Positions 29,751-41,159 of a stretch of 64,000 nt of DNA are shown here, piece by piece (within the stretch, counting starts at the first letter, position 1; every line of letters begins with the position of its first letter). The stretch is taken from positions 68,738 to 132,737 of the forward strand of contig CAIMEY010000121.1 of NCBI GenBank assembly GCA_903840165.1, in the 5' to 3' direction. A program made the position numbers and the translations under genes. Under the pieces are notes generated by a model. The model ran no database searches. It was not told where the DNA came from and worked only from the letters and a program-made list of their open reading frames with translations. This DNA comes from an uncultured Myxococcales bacterium (GTDB lineage Bacteria > Myxococcota_A > UBA9042).

Positions 29751-31607
29751 ATGCCGGTGACTGTTGATACCAAAACGCTCGTCGACCTCTTTGAGACGGC
29801 TGTCATGGAACAGCCGCAGAAGACGATTTTGCGCTGTCGTGTCGCAGGGATATGGCACCCAACGACCTTGCTACAATGGCGGACGATGGCGGCCAACTGG
29901 GCACGAGGTTTGGTCGCCCATGGCATTGAACTCGGTGATCGTGTTGGGATCTTGAGCAATACCCGGCGCGAGTGGCTGATCGCCGACATGGCCATCCAGA
30001 TGGCGGGTGCCGTGACCGTACCTGTCTATCCATCGATTTTGGCAGATGAAGTGAGTTGGATTCTCCACGACAGCGGCACGACGGTGCTCTTTGTCGAGGA
30101 TCCCTGCCAGCTTGAGAAAGTGCTTGAGATCAAAAATGATCTGCCACACCTTCGCTTGATCGTGTGCCTCGACGAACAGGCCGACGCTTCCCGTCCCGAC
30201 CAGCCGGGTGTGCGTACCGTACGGCTGGCCGAAATTCGCCCCAATCACCCGGGGTTACTTGCGACGATGGCCCAACTCGCCGATGCCGGCCGTTCGGTCC
30301 ATGCCGACGAGTTGGCCGGCCGTCGTCTGGCTTTGCAGGCAGCCGACACGAGCACGATCGTCTATACATCGGGCACCACGGGGCGTCCCAAAGGCGTGAT
30401 TCTCAGCCATGGTGCTCTGGTTTTTGAAGTAAAATCATGCACAAGCGCCCTTGACGTCCGCCCCGACGACGCCGTCATGCTGTTCCTGCCCCTGGCGCAC
30501 AGCTTCGCCAAGCTCATCTACCTGGTCTGCGTCGGCGTGCGCACTGAAATGATATTTCCCCAATCTATCCAAACACTTCTTGCTGACATGGCCGATGCCC
30601 AGCCGACGGTCCTACCCAGCGTCCCGCGGATCTTTGAGAAGGCGCACATGCGCATTCTGGGCGGCGTCGATGCGGCCGGTCCGGTCAGAAAACGCTTGTT
30701 TGAAGCGGCCTTGGCGACGGGCTATCGCGTTTCGCAGCTTCGTCAGGCCGGCAAAGAGCCCTCGGGCTTGCTGGCCGCCCAACACCAGGTGGCGCATCGC
30801 TTTGTCTTTGCAAAGATTCACGCGATTTTTGGTGGCCGGGTGCGCGCCTTCATTTCGGGTGGCGCGCCGCTAGCCAAGGAACTGGCGGAGTTCTTCCACG
30901 CCGTCGGTCTGCCCGTGCTAGAAGGCTATGGGATGACTGAGAATTGTGCGGCGGCGACGGTCAATCGTCCGGACCGCTACCGCCTTGGGTCGGTGGGGCA
31001 GCCTCTGCCGGGGATCGACGTGCGGATTGCGGCCGACGGTGAAATCTTGATCCGCGGCGCCAACCTGTTCTCGGGCTACCAGAACAATGAAGCCGCAACC
31101 GCAGAATCGTTGAAAGACGGATGGTTATACACGGGCGATGTCGGTGCGCTGGACGCCGACGGCTTTCTATACATCACCGACCGCAAGAAGGACCTGCTGG
31201 TGACTGCGGGCGGCAAGAACATCGCACCCCAGAATATTGAACGGCTTTTGCGTTCAGACCCTTTGATTGCCAACGCCCTGGTCTACGGCGATCGGCGCAA
31301 GTTCCTCAGCGCGCTGCTGACGCTTGACGAAGAAGTCCTGCAGAAATGGGCAGATAGCCAAGCAATTTCCTACGCCTCGCTGGCGGAGTTAACCCAGCAC
31401 GCCGAAGTGTTCAAGCGCGTGCAGGCGATCGTCGACGCCAAGAACCGCGGTCTGGCAAGCTATGAAACCATCAAGAAATTTGCGATCTTGGAACGGGACC
31501 TGAGCGAGCAGGACGGAGACCTGACACCTTCGCTCAAGGTCCGGCGGCAAAGCGTGATTAGCAAACACAAAGGTCTGCTGGATTCCTTTTACAGCGAGCA
31601 CTATTAG
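29751..31607 (+). CDS. Long-chain fatty acid-CoA ligase (AMP-dependent)
   Basis: YTSGTTGRPKG, EGYGMTE, GWLYTGDVG, DRKKDL..AGGKNIAP, LTPSLKVRR. Confidence 0.95.
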   Translation: MPVTVDTKTLVDLFETAVMEQPQKTILRCRVAGIWHPTTLLQWRTMAANWARGLVAHGIELGDRVGILSNTRREWLIADMAIQMAGAVTVPVYPSILADEVSWILHDSGTTVLFVEDPCQLEKVLEIKNDLPHLRLIVCLDEQADASRPDQPGVRTVRLAEIRPNHPGLLATMAQLADAGRSVHADELAGRRLALQAADTSTIVYTSGTTGRPKGVILSHGALVFEVKSCTSALDVRPDDAVMLFLPLAHSFAKLIYLVCVGVRTEMIFPQSIQTLLADMADAQPTVLPSVPRIFEKAHMRILGGVDAAGPVRKRLFEAALATGYRVSQLRQAGKEPSGLLAAQHQVAHRFVFAKIHAIFGGRVRAFISGGAPLAKELAEFFHAVGLPVLEGYGMTENCAAATVNRPDRYRLGSVGQPLPGIDVRIAADGEILIRGANLFSGYQNNEAATAESLKDGWLYTGDVGALDADGFLYITDRKKDLLVTAGGKNIAPQNIERLLRSDPLIANALVYGDRRKFLSALLTLDEEVLQKWADSQAISYASLAELTQHAEVFKRVQAIVDAKNRGLASYETIKKFAILERDLSEQDGDLTPSLKVRRQSVISKHKGLLDSFYSEHY

Positions 31608-31673
31608 CCACGGACGCCGCGCGCCATTGCGGTGTCGGCCTAAAGCGAGATTTTGTCCCTCAAGACGGGGTTG

Positions 31674-32417
31674 ATGGCCATGCCCGATGCGAAAATCATC
31701 ATCTGTTTGCCTACTTATAACGAGAAGGAGAACCTTCCCCTACTGGTGGAAGCGGTCCGTCAGATCGTGCCGCAGGCTGATCTGCTGGTGATCGATGACA
31801 ACAGCCCGGACGGCACCGGGCAGATCGCCAACGCGCTGGCCCTGGCTGACCCCCAGGTCCATGTTCTACATCGGCAGGAAAAACAAGGGCTTGGCCGAGC
31901 GTACATCGCCGGCTTTCGCTGGGCTTTGGCGCGCGACTATGAGCTGATCTTTGAAATGGATTGCGACTTTAGCCATCCGCCTCCCCTGCTGCCGGCCTTT
32001 CTCGCCAAGGCGCAGAGTTGCGACGTCGTCCTGGGTTCCCGTTACATTCCGGGCGGTAGCACCGAGGACTGGGATTGGCGGCGGCGCCTGATCTCGCGCG
32101 GTGGCAATACGTACGCGCAGGCTATTCTCGGGCTGCCTTTTCGCGACTTGACGGGCGGTTTCAAGTGCTTCCATCGCCGCGTGCTGGAAACGCTGCCTTT
32201 GGATGAAATCGTCAGCAATGGCTATGTGTTCCAGATCGAGATGACGTATCGGGCGATTCTCGCGGGCTTTCGCGTTGGCGAAGTGCCGATTCAGTTCCCC
32301 GATCGGACCCGCGGCCAGTCCAAGATGACTGGCAACATCGTGCGCGAAGCCATCGTCAACGTGTGGAAGTTGCGATTGCGCAAAGCACAACTGCAGAGGC
32401 AGGCGGCACAAACCTAG
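31674..32417 (+). CDS. Polyprenol monophosphomannose synthase-like GT2
   Basis: LPTYNEKEN, DDNSPDGTG, GLGRAY..GF, EMDCDFSH, DLTGGFK, GQSKM. Confidence 0.93.
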   Translation: MAMPDAKIIICLPTYNEKENLPLLVEAVRQIVPQADLLVIDDNSPDGTGQIANALALADPQVHVLHRQEKQGLGRAYIAGFRWALARDYELIFEMDCDFSHPPPLLPAFLAKAQSCDVVLGSRYIPGGSTEDWDWRRRLISRGGNTYAQAILGLPFRDLTGGFKCFHRRVLETLPLDEIVSNGYVFQIEMTYRAILAGFRVGEVPIQFPDRTRGQSKMTGNIVREAIVNVWKLRLRKAQLQRQAAQT

Positions 32418-32711
32418 GCGCGACGCGGGCTCAGGCCGCTGGGGCAACAAGCGCAGTCCTCGGTGGGCGACAGCGCTTTTGCACTGGTCAGCGCGCCCAA
32501 TTTGCCCTAGCATCACGCGCTTGCGCTACGCGGATCGGGCCTTGGTCCTTTCCAGGAAGGACGCATACATTCAAGTGGTTATGGCTGGGCGCTTCGGCAT
32601 CCCAGTCTCCATCCGCAGACGCCCGCTGTGCCAAGCCTGAGGCCGCCACGCCCGGGACCGCAGCAGCAGGCCAACTCAGGGCGACAGCATCGCCGCAAGG
32701 ACAACAAGACC

Positions 32712-33227
32712 ATGGCCAATGAACTGAATGCGCTGCTCGGAAAAGGCAGTGATTTCCAAGGGAAACTCACCTTTGAAGGCAATGTCCGCATCGACGGACG
32801 CTTTACCGGTGAGATCTTCAGCGATGGCCTGCTGATCATCGGCGAAGGCGCCCAAGTGCAAGCGGAAATTTCCGTCGGCTCGGTGCAGGTCTATGGCAAC
32901 GTCACCGGCAACATCACGGCCCATGAAGCCGTGGAATTGCACGCACCTGCCAGCCTGCGCGGCAACATCTCGTCGCCGGCTTTGCACATCGACAAAGGCG
33001 TATTCTTCGACGGCGCCTGCCAAATGACCAATGGTTCTGGGGTCTCGCAGGTGCGTGACGGCGGACTGCCGCCGAGCCTGCCGAGCCGCCCTTCGCAACC
33101 GCCCGTCGCTCGTCCCGCCGCCGCCGTGGGCCTCAATCCGCCCCCGGCGCAGCGCCCGACGGGTTCGAGCGGCATGTTTGTGCCCGAGCCGACCCGGACC
33201 ACAGGCGAGTTGCCCCACAAGTTCTAA
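32712..33227 (+). CDS. Bactofilin (polymer-forming cytoskeletal protein) with a Pro-rich tail
   Basis: LGKGSDFQGKLTFEGNVRIDGRFTGEI...IDKGVFFDGACQM. Confidence 0.93.
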   Translation: MANELNALLGKGSDFQGKLTFEGNVRIDGRFTGEIFSDGLLIIGEGAQVQAEISVGSVQVYGNVTGNITAHEAVELHAPASLRGNISSPALHIDKGVFFDGACQMTNGSGVSQVRDGGLPPSLPSRPSQPPVARPAAAVGLNPPPAQRPTGSSGMFVPEPTRTTGELPHKF

Positions 33228-33329
33228 CCGAATTTCCAGTGCTTGGTGCCGCCCCTGCCCCCGGTGGCGCAGGCAAGCGGTCCGCCGAGCGCTTGTCGCG
33301 TGCCGCACGTTCGCGGCCGTGGAGCTGCC

Positions 33330-34277
<948 letters not shown>

Positions 34278-34289
34278 TACGCGGGCAAG

Positions 34290-35468
34290 ATGGCCCAGGG
34301 TACCGCGGCTATGTGGCGTATATTCCTAAAAGAACAGCCGCTTTCTGCTCACTTACCCTCGCGGGCTTTGCGGGTGTGGGCGGCGCTCTTGCCCGTTGTG
34401 CTGGCGATCGTGCTCGGCGCGTGTCATCGACCTGAACCTGTCGCGCAATCTCCTGTTATTCAAAAGAAATCTGTGACGACGGCTCAGGCAGCGGACCCCG
34501 TGCTGGTCAAGGTCGACCTGAGCGAAGTGCTTTCTTCACAAGTCCATGAACGCTTAGCGCAATTGCCCGTGAGCCTGACGCCGGCGGATGCGGCTGTACA
34601 GGCCTTGCTGGCAGCGACTGCGGATGTTCTGATCGTACGGGAAATGGGCGTTTTAAAAGAACAAAGGCGGCCAGGCGAGACCTTTGGGCAGGCGGCCGAT
34701 CGCTTCCTAACGACGGTGTGGAAGCCCGATGCCACCTGCAATCTGGACCGGCAGGACCTCAAGTGGACCTATTTGCGCGACCTGGGCAAGTATAAGCACC
34801 CGACTTCCTACGCGATCTGGGATGCGCAGGGACAGTGCTGTCCGGATGTGGACGACTGCCCTCTGCTCAAAGCCGAACAGTGCCGCCAGGAACTTCGACC
34901 CGTGCTGACGCAGATGCACGCCGACATTGCCCTTGCTTTCAAGGCGTTATCTCAACCAGCCGATGTGACCAGCGTCGCCTTTGACCAGAGCCCGTGGCGG
35001 GCCCTGCACGTGCCGACCTTTGAACGAATTGTTTCCCAATACAATCAGAAGGATTCGCGGGTTCAGCTGCGGCGCTACACCTTTTTTGCCCAAGGCGAGC
35101 CGGGGTTTGAGAAGGCCCGGTTTCGCCCCGGAGAGCCGCACATGGCAGAGTTGGCTAAGCGTGCGAAACCAGGACAGTTACTCGGGCCAGTGGACACTGA
35201 ATGGGGCATTGACGTCGCTTTGCTCGTAGGCCTTGAGCCCGCCATGCGCGGTCTGGCCGACGCCGACGTTGAAGCGCAAGTGCGTGAAAAGGCTTGCGGA
35301 GAGTTGGCGCAGCGCAGCCGCAACGAGTACCGCGAACGCTTGCTGGCTGGCGCGCAGATCCTGTGGCAAAGGCCGGCGATTGAAGCGGATTTTGGCAAGC
35401 TGGTGCTGGGCAAGCTGCCGGCCGATGCGTCGCAGCGAGACCTGCCCTATCGGCCGCTGAAGCCCTGA
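34290..35468 (+). CDS. Hypothetical lipoprotein with a parvulin/SurA-like C-terminal segment
   Basis: LGAC lipobox; KPGQLLGPVDTEWG resembles the parvulin C-terminal motif; start uncertain. Confidence 0.6.
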   Translation: MAQGTAAMWRIFLKEQPLSAHLPSRALRVWAALLPVVLAIVLGACHRPEPVAQSPVIQKKSVTTAQAADPVLVKVDLSEVLSSQVHERLAQLPVSLTPADAAVQALLAATADVLIVREMGVLKEQRRPGETFGQAADRFLTTVWKPDATCNLDRQDLKWTYLRDLGKYKHPTSYAIWDAQGQCCPDVDDCPLLKAEQCRQELRPVLTQMHADIALAFKALSQPADVTSVAFDQSPWRALHVPTFERIVSQYNQKDSRVQLRRYTFFAQGEPGFEKARFRPGEPHMAELAKRAKPGQLLGPVDTEWGIDVALLVGLEPAMRGLADADVEAQVREKACGELAQRSRNEYRERLLAGAQILWQRPAIEADFGKLVLGKLPADASQRDLPYRPLKP

Positions 35469-35490
35469 AAATATCTGAAAGAAGTGATGA

Positions 35491-37767
35491 TTAGCCGCGA
35501 ACTCGTTCGACGCGGGTCACGCCTTGGGTCCTCTTGAGGCGCTCAATCACGTCATTGAGTTGAGACACACTTTGCACAATGACTTCAAAGTCATTGATGG
35601 CTCGGCGTCCGTCGACGGTGCGGCAATGGGCGCTTTGAATGGAGATCCCAGCCTCGGTAAAACGCTGGGACATGGCGGACAAAAGGCCCGTCTCATCAGC
35701 GGAATACACGCGAACGGTCACTGTGGCGCCATTGCCCGCCTGTGTATTCCAATCGCAGTCGATGCGGCGCATGGGGTCGGCGTCGAGCACAAAGCGACAC
35801 TTCTTTTCGTGCACCGTGATTCCGCGACCGCGGGTGACCACGCCGATCACCGGATCGCCCGGAACAGGCGAACAACACTTGGCAAAGCGGACCACGACGT
35901 CGTCAATGCCATTGACCAGGATGGTCGCAGCGCCTGCCTTGCCGGGACGGCGAGCACGACGAACCTCGGGTTCTGGTTCGGCTTCTCGCGCTTCAACCGG
36001 ATCGGCCGCGACAACGTACTCAGCCACCGAGGCCGCACTCACCTTCCCATAACCGACCGCGACGGCGACATCGTCAAAGGTCGACACACCGAAGTGCGCC
36101 AAAGTCTTGGGAATACGTTCGTGGTTTTGGGCCCGAGTGAGCGACATCTTGACGCGCCGGAAGGCCTTTTCCAGCAAATCCAAGCCCAGATCCTGGGCGT
36201 GTACGCGCTGTTCCCCATGGATATAGCTACGGATCTTGGTCTTGGCTCGACCCGTGACGACGAATTCCAGCCAGTCGATGCTGGGATGGGCATCCGGTTT
36301 CGTTAATATTTCAACGATGTTGCCGTTACGCAGGTGGTGGCGCAGGGGCACCATCACGCCATCGACCTTGGCGCCGACCGTCCGCTGCCCGACCTTTGAG
36401 TGAATTGCGTAAGCAAAATCCACAGGTGTCGCGCCACGCGGCAGCACTTTGACGTCGCCCTTGGGCGTGAAGGCGTAGACCTCGTCGTTAAAGAGGTCGA
36501 TCTTCATGGAATCCAAGAACTCGTCACTGTCTTTGACGCCGCTCTGGTATTCCAGCAGCTGCTTGAGCCAGCCGAAGCGCTCTTCGTCGCGAACACTAAT
36601 GGATTCGCCGCGTTCCTTGTACCGCCAGTGAGCCGCCACGCCTTCTTCGGCCAGGCGGTGCATTTCATAGGTGCGAATCTGCACTTCAATGCGCTCGGCC
36701 TGAGGTCCGATCACGGCAGTATGCAAGCTCTGATAACGATTGGGCTTTGGCAGCGCAATGTAGTCCTTGAACCGCCCCGGAATCGGCTTCCACTGCGTGT
36801 GCACGGCCCCCAAGGCGGCGTAACACTCGCGAACGTCATCAACAACAATGCGAAATCCTTGGGCATCGTAGATTTGGTCATAGGGCAGCTTGGACTGCTC
36901 CATCTTGCGCCAGATGCCATACAGGTGCTTGGGGCGGCCATACACCACGGCGTGCGTCAGGCCATCGTGTTCGAGAAACTCGCGAATTTCCTCAACAGTA
37001 CCAGTCACATACGCTTGACGCTCGGATTGGCGCTGGCCAACGAGATCGGTCAACTGCTTGTATTCAACGGGGTTCAAGTGGCGAAAACAAAGATCCTCCA
37101 GTTGCGCCTTCATCCAGCCAATGCCGAGGCGATTGGCCAAAGGTGCATAGATCTCTTGGGTTTCCGTGGCAATGCGCCGCTGACTGTCCGGCTTCATGTG
37201 CTGAAGCGTCGTCATATTGTGCAGACGATCCGCGAGCTTAATCAGCAGGACGCGAATGTCCTTGGCCATGGCCACGAGCATTTTGCGAAAGTTTTCAGCC
37301 TGCTTGTGCTCCTGACTGGAGAACTTGATCTGGTCGAGCTTGGTGACGCCATCGACGATGTGCGCGATTTCTGCCGAAAAGCGACGCTGAATTTCTTCGA
37401 CGCTGACCGTGGTATCCTCGACGACATCGTGCAATAACCCCGCGCAAATACTGGCGGAATCCAGGCGAAGACGGGTCAGGAGAAAGGCGACGTCCACCGG
37501 GTGGGCAAAGTAGGCCTCCCCGCTCTTGCGGAACTGGCCCTGGTGGCTGCGCGCGGCGAAATAGTAGGCGCGGCGAACCATCTCCTTGTCGCCTTCCGGC
37601 AAGTAACTGCTCATTGCGGCAAGCAATTCTTCGACGCTCGGCACGCCTGGAATCACGATGGGCGCTTCAGCCGGGTCCCCTGCCGCCCCGGAAAGCGGGC
37701 GCAGAGGGGCCGCAGTAGGCGAAGAAGCGGGCTTATCAGCTGTCGAATTCGGAAGTTCCATAACCAT
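35491..37767 (-). CDS. rel: Bifunctional (p)ppGpp synthetase/hydrolase (RelA/SpoT)
   Basis: HD motif LLHDVVEDT, IKLADRLHN, GRPK, RFKDYIA.PK.N.YQSLHT, TGS, CC and ACT domains; start uncertain. Confidence 0.96.
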   Translation of the reverse strand: MVMELPNSTADKPASSPTAAPLRPLSGAAGDPAEAPIVIPGVPSVEELLAAMSSYLPEGDKEMVRRAYYFAARSHQGQFRKSGEAYFAHPVDVAFLLTRLRLDSASICAGLLHDVVEDTTVSVEEIQRRFSAEIAHIVDGVTKLDQIKFSSQEHKQAENFRKMLVAMAKDIRVLLIKLADRLHNMTTLQHMKPDSQRRIATETQEIYAPLANRLGIGWMKAQLEDLCFRHLNPVEYKQLTDLVGQRQSERQAYVTGTVEEIREFLEHDGLTHAVVYGRPKHLYGIWRKMEQSKLPYDQIYDAQGFRIVVDDVRECYAALGAVHTQWKPIPGRFKDYIALPKPNRYQSLHTAVIGPQAERIEVQIRTYEMHRLAEEGVAAHWRYKERGESISVRDEERFGWLKQLLEYQSGVKDSDEFLDSMKIDLFNDEVYAFTPKGDVKVLPRGATPVDFAYAIHSKVGQRTVGAKVDGVMVPLRHHLRNGNIVEILTKPDAHPSIDWLEFVVTGRAKTKIRSYIHGEQRVHAQDLGLDLLEKAFRRVKMSLTRAQNHERIPKTLAHFGVSTFDDVAVAVGYGKVSAASVAEYVVAADPVEAREAEPEPEVRRARRPGKAGAATILVNGIDDVVVRFAKCCSPVPGDPVIGVVTRGRGITVHEKKCRFVLDADPMRRIDCDWNTQAGNGATVTVRVYSADETGLLSAMSQRFTEAGISIQSAHCRTVDGRRAINDFEVIVQSVSQLNDVIERLKRTQGVTRVERVRG

Positions 37768-37977
37768 TGGGCGGGCCTGGAGGATGGCCAACAGCGCGTC
37801 CTGCACTTCACCACTTCCGTGGGGGTTGGGCAAGTTCCTGGTTGCCAATGCGGTGATCTTGCACAGGCCGGCCGGCACTGTCACGATCGCGCCCACGGGC
37901 GGCGCCGGAGTTCCCTGCGGGTGCCCCAAGGTGCCTTGAGACCGCTGTGCACGGGCGCATGGCCGGCGACGGAGACG

Positions 37978-38652
37978 ATGACCAACCAGTTGTCCCTGCT
38001 TCTAAATCAGCTTGGCGTGGACTGGATTCTAGTGCTGCTCATGGCGCTGTCCCTGGCCTCGGTGACCGTGATTGTCGAGCGTTGGTGGTTCTTTCGCCGC
38101 CAGCGGGTGCCTGTGGCGCTGATCCACGCGGAGTTGCTGACGCGCTTGAGCCAAGCGCCTGATTCGATTGAAGCTTGGCTGGAGCCGTATTCCGGCATGG
38201 AGGCGCGGGTCGTTGTCGCTGGCGTGCGCGAAAGGCACAGGGGCGCGGCTGCGGTGGCTGAGCTGATGGCTGCGCGGGCGATGCTCGAGGCGATGAAGTA
38301 CGAAAAGCGCCTGAATTTCCTGGCTTCTCTGGGCTCAAATGCGCCTTTTATCGGCCTGCTTGGCACGGTGATCGGCATCATGGGGGCCTTTGGCGATCTG
38401 CGCACTCAGGTCGATCATGCCGGCCAAGCGTCGCGTACTTCCTTGATCATGGGCAGCATTTCTGGCGCGTTGGTGGCGACGGCTGTTGGCCTGCTGGTGG
38501 CCATTCCAGCGGTGATCGCCTACAACCAACTGCGAACGCGGCTCAAGCAATTGCAGGCAAATACCGATAGTCTCACGGCTATTGTCCTTGCTCACCTCAA
38601 GACGACCACGCCGGCTGCGGTTCAGCTACCGGTGCCTGGCCAGGGGAATTGA
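37978..38652 (+). CDS. MotA/TolQ/ExbB proton-channel protein
   Basis: APFIGLLGTVIGIM and ALVATAVGLLVAIPAVIAYN. Confidence 0.93.
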   Translation: MTNQLSLLLNQLGVDWILVLLMALSLASVTVIVERWWFFRRQRVPVALIHAELLTRLSQAPDSIEAWLEPYSGMEARVVVAGVRERHRGAAAVAELMAARAMLEAMKYEKRLNFLASLGSNAPFIGLLGTVIGIMGAFGDLRTQVDHAGQASRTSLIMGSISGALVATAVGLLVAIPAVIAYNQLRTRLKQLQANTDSLTAIVLAHLKTTTPAAVQLPVPGQGN

Positions 38653-38655
38653 GCC

Positions 38656-39081
38656 ATGGCCGGCCGCGTCAGCCGCGACGATCAGGTGGTGGCTGAGATT
38701 AACGTCACGCCGCTTGTCGATATCATGCTAGTTTTGCTGATTATTTTCATGCTGACGAGCGAGGAGATCGCCGCCAAGGTACAGCAACCGGCGATCGAGG
38801 TGGACCTGCCGACAGCCAGTAGCGGTGGGCAGCACCCGCCGACGCCCTTGACGGTCCTGATCAGCAAGTCCGGAGAATTGTACTGTAATGGCGCGCGGGT
38901 TGACGAAAACGCCCTCAAACTCCAGGCACGCCAGGCCCACGCGGCGACGCCGAAATTGCAGGCGGTCGTCAGCGCTGACCAGCGGGTAGCCCACGGAGTG
39001 GTCATTCATATCGTTGATATTCTTCGGCTTGAGCAGATTGAGCAGGTCGCCATCAATACCAAGGCCCTGACAATCGAGTAG
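38656..39081 (+). CDS. ExbD/TolR biopolymer transporter
   Basis: EINVTPLVDIMLVLLIIFM, VDLP, SAD..V.HG.V. Confidence 0.93.
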   Translation: MAGRVSRDDQVVAEINVTPLVDIMLVLLIIFMLTSEEIAAKVQQPAIEVDLPTASSGGQHPPTPLTVLISKSGELYCNGARVDENALKLQARQAHAATPKLQAVVSADQRVAHGVVIHIVDILRLEQIEQVAINTKALTIE

Positions 39082-39273
39082 CAGCAGGGCCGCGCATCGG
39101 GCCAACTGCAGCCTTTGCCGCAGCTTGACGCCCCGAGGCAGTCGCCGCAGCATGCTCAGCGCCCATGGGCCGCACCCGCGCTTAGATGGGTCCGCCCCGC
39201 TGGCCGCCGTTGGCCGGGGCTCAAAATGCGCCACCGCCGGCACCTCCGCCGGCCTATTGTTTCCGGGGTATTC

Positions 39274-40431
39274 ATGAATAAGCCCAGCGTGTTGCCGAAT
39301 AATCCCTGTTTTTCCTCGGGTCCGTGCGCCAAGAGGCCGGGCTGGTCCCTGCAGGCCCTCAGTGGCGCGCTGGTGGGGCGCTCGCACCGGTCCAAGCCGG
39401 GCAAGGCTCGCATTGAGCAAGTGCTCGATAAGTCCCGTTCTATCCTGGGCTTGCCTGCCAATTACCGGATCGCCATCGTCGCTGGTTCCGATACGGGCGC
39501 CGTCGAAATGGCGATGTGGTCCCTGCTCGGCCCGCGCGGCATTGACGCCTTGGCCTGGGAAGCTTTTGGCGACGGCTGGATCACCGACATCGTCAAGCAG
39601 CTGAAAATCAAGGACGTTCGCACCTTCAAGGCCGATTACGGCCATCTGCCCGACCTCAGCCAAGTCGACTTCAACCGCGACGTGATCTTCACGTGGAATG
39701 GCACCACGTCCGGCGTGCGCGTGCCCAATGGCGACTGGATCCCGGACGATCGCCAAGGCCTGACCATCTGTGACGCCACAAGTGCGGCATTTGCCATGGA
39801 ATTGCCCTGGTCCAAGCTCGACGTAGTGACCTGGTCCTGGCAAAAAGTGCTCGGCGGCGAGGCGGCCCACGGCATGTTGGTGCTCAGTCCGCGCGCGGTG
39901 GCCCGTTTGGAGTCCTACAGCCCCGCGTGGCCGATGCCCAAGCTCTTTCGCATGACCAAGGGCGGCAAGATTCAAGAGGGCATTTTCCTTGGCGAAACCA
40001 TCAACACGCCGTCGATGCTGTGCGTAGAAGACGCTGTGGACGGGCTCAAATGGGCCGAGAGCGTCGGCGGTTTGCCGGGCCTCATCGCTCGTTCCGAAGC
40101 CAACTTGCAGGCTGTGCGTGCGTGGGCCGCCAAGACGCCGTGGATCGAACTGCTGGCGGCCGATGCAAATACCGTATCTTGCACCAGCGTTTGCCTCATC
40201 TATACGGCGCCTTGGTTCCGTGCCCTGGATGCCGATGGCCAGACGGCGGCGGCTAAGAAAATCAGCAGCTTGCTCGATGCGGAAAAGGTCGCCCTGGACG
40301 CGGGGTCCTACCGCGACGCGCCTGCTGGCCTGCGCCTTTGGTGTGGTGCAACGGTGGAAACCTCGGATGTGCAAGCGGTTTTGCCGTGGATCGAATGGGC
40401 CTATGCCCAGGTCGCTCCCGCCAACGGCTGA
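39274..40431 (+). CDS. serC: Phosphoserine aminotransferase
   Basis: [44 protein letters not shown] lysine, INTPS, YRDAP.GLR. Confidence 0.95.
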   Translation: MNKPSVLPNNPCFSSGPCAKRPGWSLQALSGALVGRSHRSKPGKARIEQVLDKSRSILGLPANYRIAIVAGSDTGAVEMAMWSLLGPRGIDALAWEAFGDGWITDIVKQLKIKDVRTFKADYGHLPDLSQVDFNRDVIFTWNGTTSGVRVPNGDWIPDDRQGLTICDATSAAFAMELPWSKLDVVTWSWQKVLGGEAAHGMLVLSPRAVARLESYSPAWPMPKLFRMTKGGKIQEGIFLGETINTPSMLCVEDAVDGLKWAESVGGLPGLIARSEANLQAVRAWAAKTPWIELLAADANTVSCTSVCLIYTAPWFRALDADGQTAAAKKISSLLDAEKVALDAGSYRDAPAGLRLWCGATVETSDVQAVLPWIEWAYAQVAPANG

Positions 40432-40453
40432 TTTGGCCCCCGAGGAGCTTGCC

Positions 40454-41104
40454 ATGAGTTTGCCACGTCCCAGCCTGGCATCCCTGCGCGTGGAATATGG
40501 CCGTGCAGGGCTTGCTGAAGGGGATCTGCACTCCGACCCGCTGTTGCAGTACGAACAATGGCTTCACGAGGCTGTGCACGCCCCTGTGGAGGACGCCAAC
40601 GCCGTCACCCTGGCGACGGTTTCCAGCGATGGGCAACCGCACGCGCGCACGGTGCTGGTCAAGGCCATTGAGGCCCGCGGCGTCCAGTTTTTTACCAATC
40701 AAAACAGCCACAAAGGCCAGGAGTTGGCGGCGCATCCTCAGGCTGCGCTCTTGAGCTTTTGGCCGGCTTTGCAGCGGCAGGTTCGCCTTGAGGGCTGGGT
40801 GGAGCCTCTGACAAGCGCTGAAAATGACGCGTATTTCGCTGAGCGCCCGCGACTTTCGCAAATCGGCGCGTGGGCTTCGCCGCAGAGTCAGCCTATCGCC
40901 GATCGCCAATGGCTGGAGCAGCAGTTTTCGCTACTTCTCGCGCAATTTGGCGAAGATCCCGTGCCGCGGCCTACCCATTGGGGCGGCTATGTCCTAAAGC
41001 CCCAGCGCATCGAATTCTGGCAGGGTCGGCCTTCGCGTCTGCACGATCGCTTGGTGTTCCAGCGTGTTGGCGATCAGTGGCAGGTGCAGCGGCTTGCGCC
41101 GTAG
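40454..41104 (+). CDS. pdxH: Pyridoxamine 5'-phosphate oxidase
   Basis: ARTVLVK, FFTN..S.KG, RQVR.EG, SQIGAWAS.QS, EFWQGRPSRLHDR. Confidence 0.96.
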   Translation: MSLPRPSLASLRVEYGRAGLAEGDLHSDPLLQYEQWLHEAVHAPVEDANAVTLATVSSDGQPHARTVLVKAIEARGVQFFTNQNSHKGQELAAHPQAALLSFWPALQRQVRLEGWVEPLTSAENDAYFAERPRLSQIGAWASPQSQPIADRQWLEQQFSLLLAQFGEDPVPRPTHWGGYVLKPQRIEFWQGRPSRLHDRLVFQRVGDQWQVQRLAP

Positions 41105-41159
41105 AGGCCAAGGGCCAGCACACCAGAGCTAAACCATTGAAAATATTGTGGTTACTCGA

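Noticed and set aside
38728-40455. 575-aa minus-strand ORF (likewise 11416-12639, 36400-37437, 58160-59461)
   Set aside because: These are antisense shadows of well-supported genes, common in high-GC DNA, and show no recognisable motifs.
39274-41104. serC-pdxH adjacency
   Set aside because: Both act in PLP biosynthesis, so the linkage is plausible and not novel.
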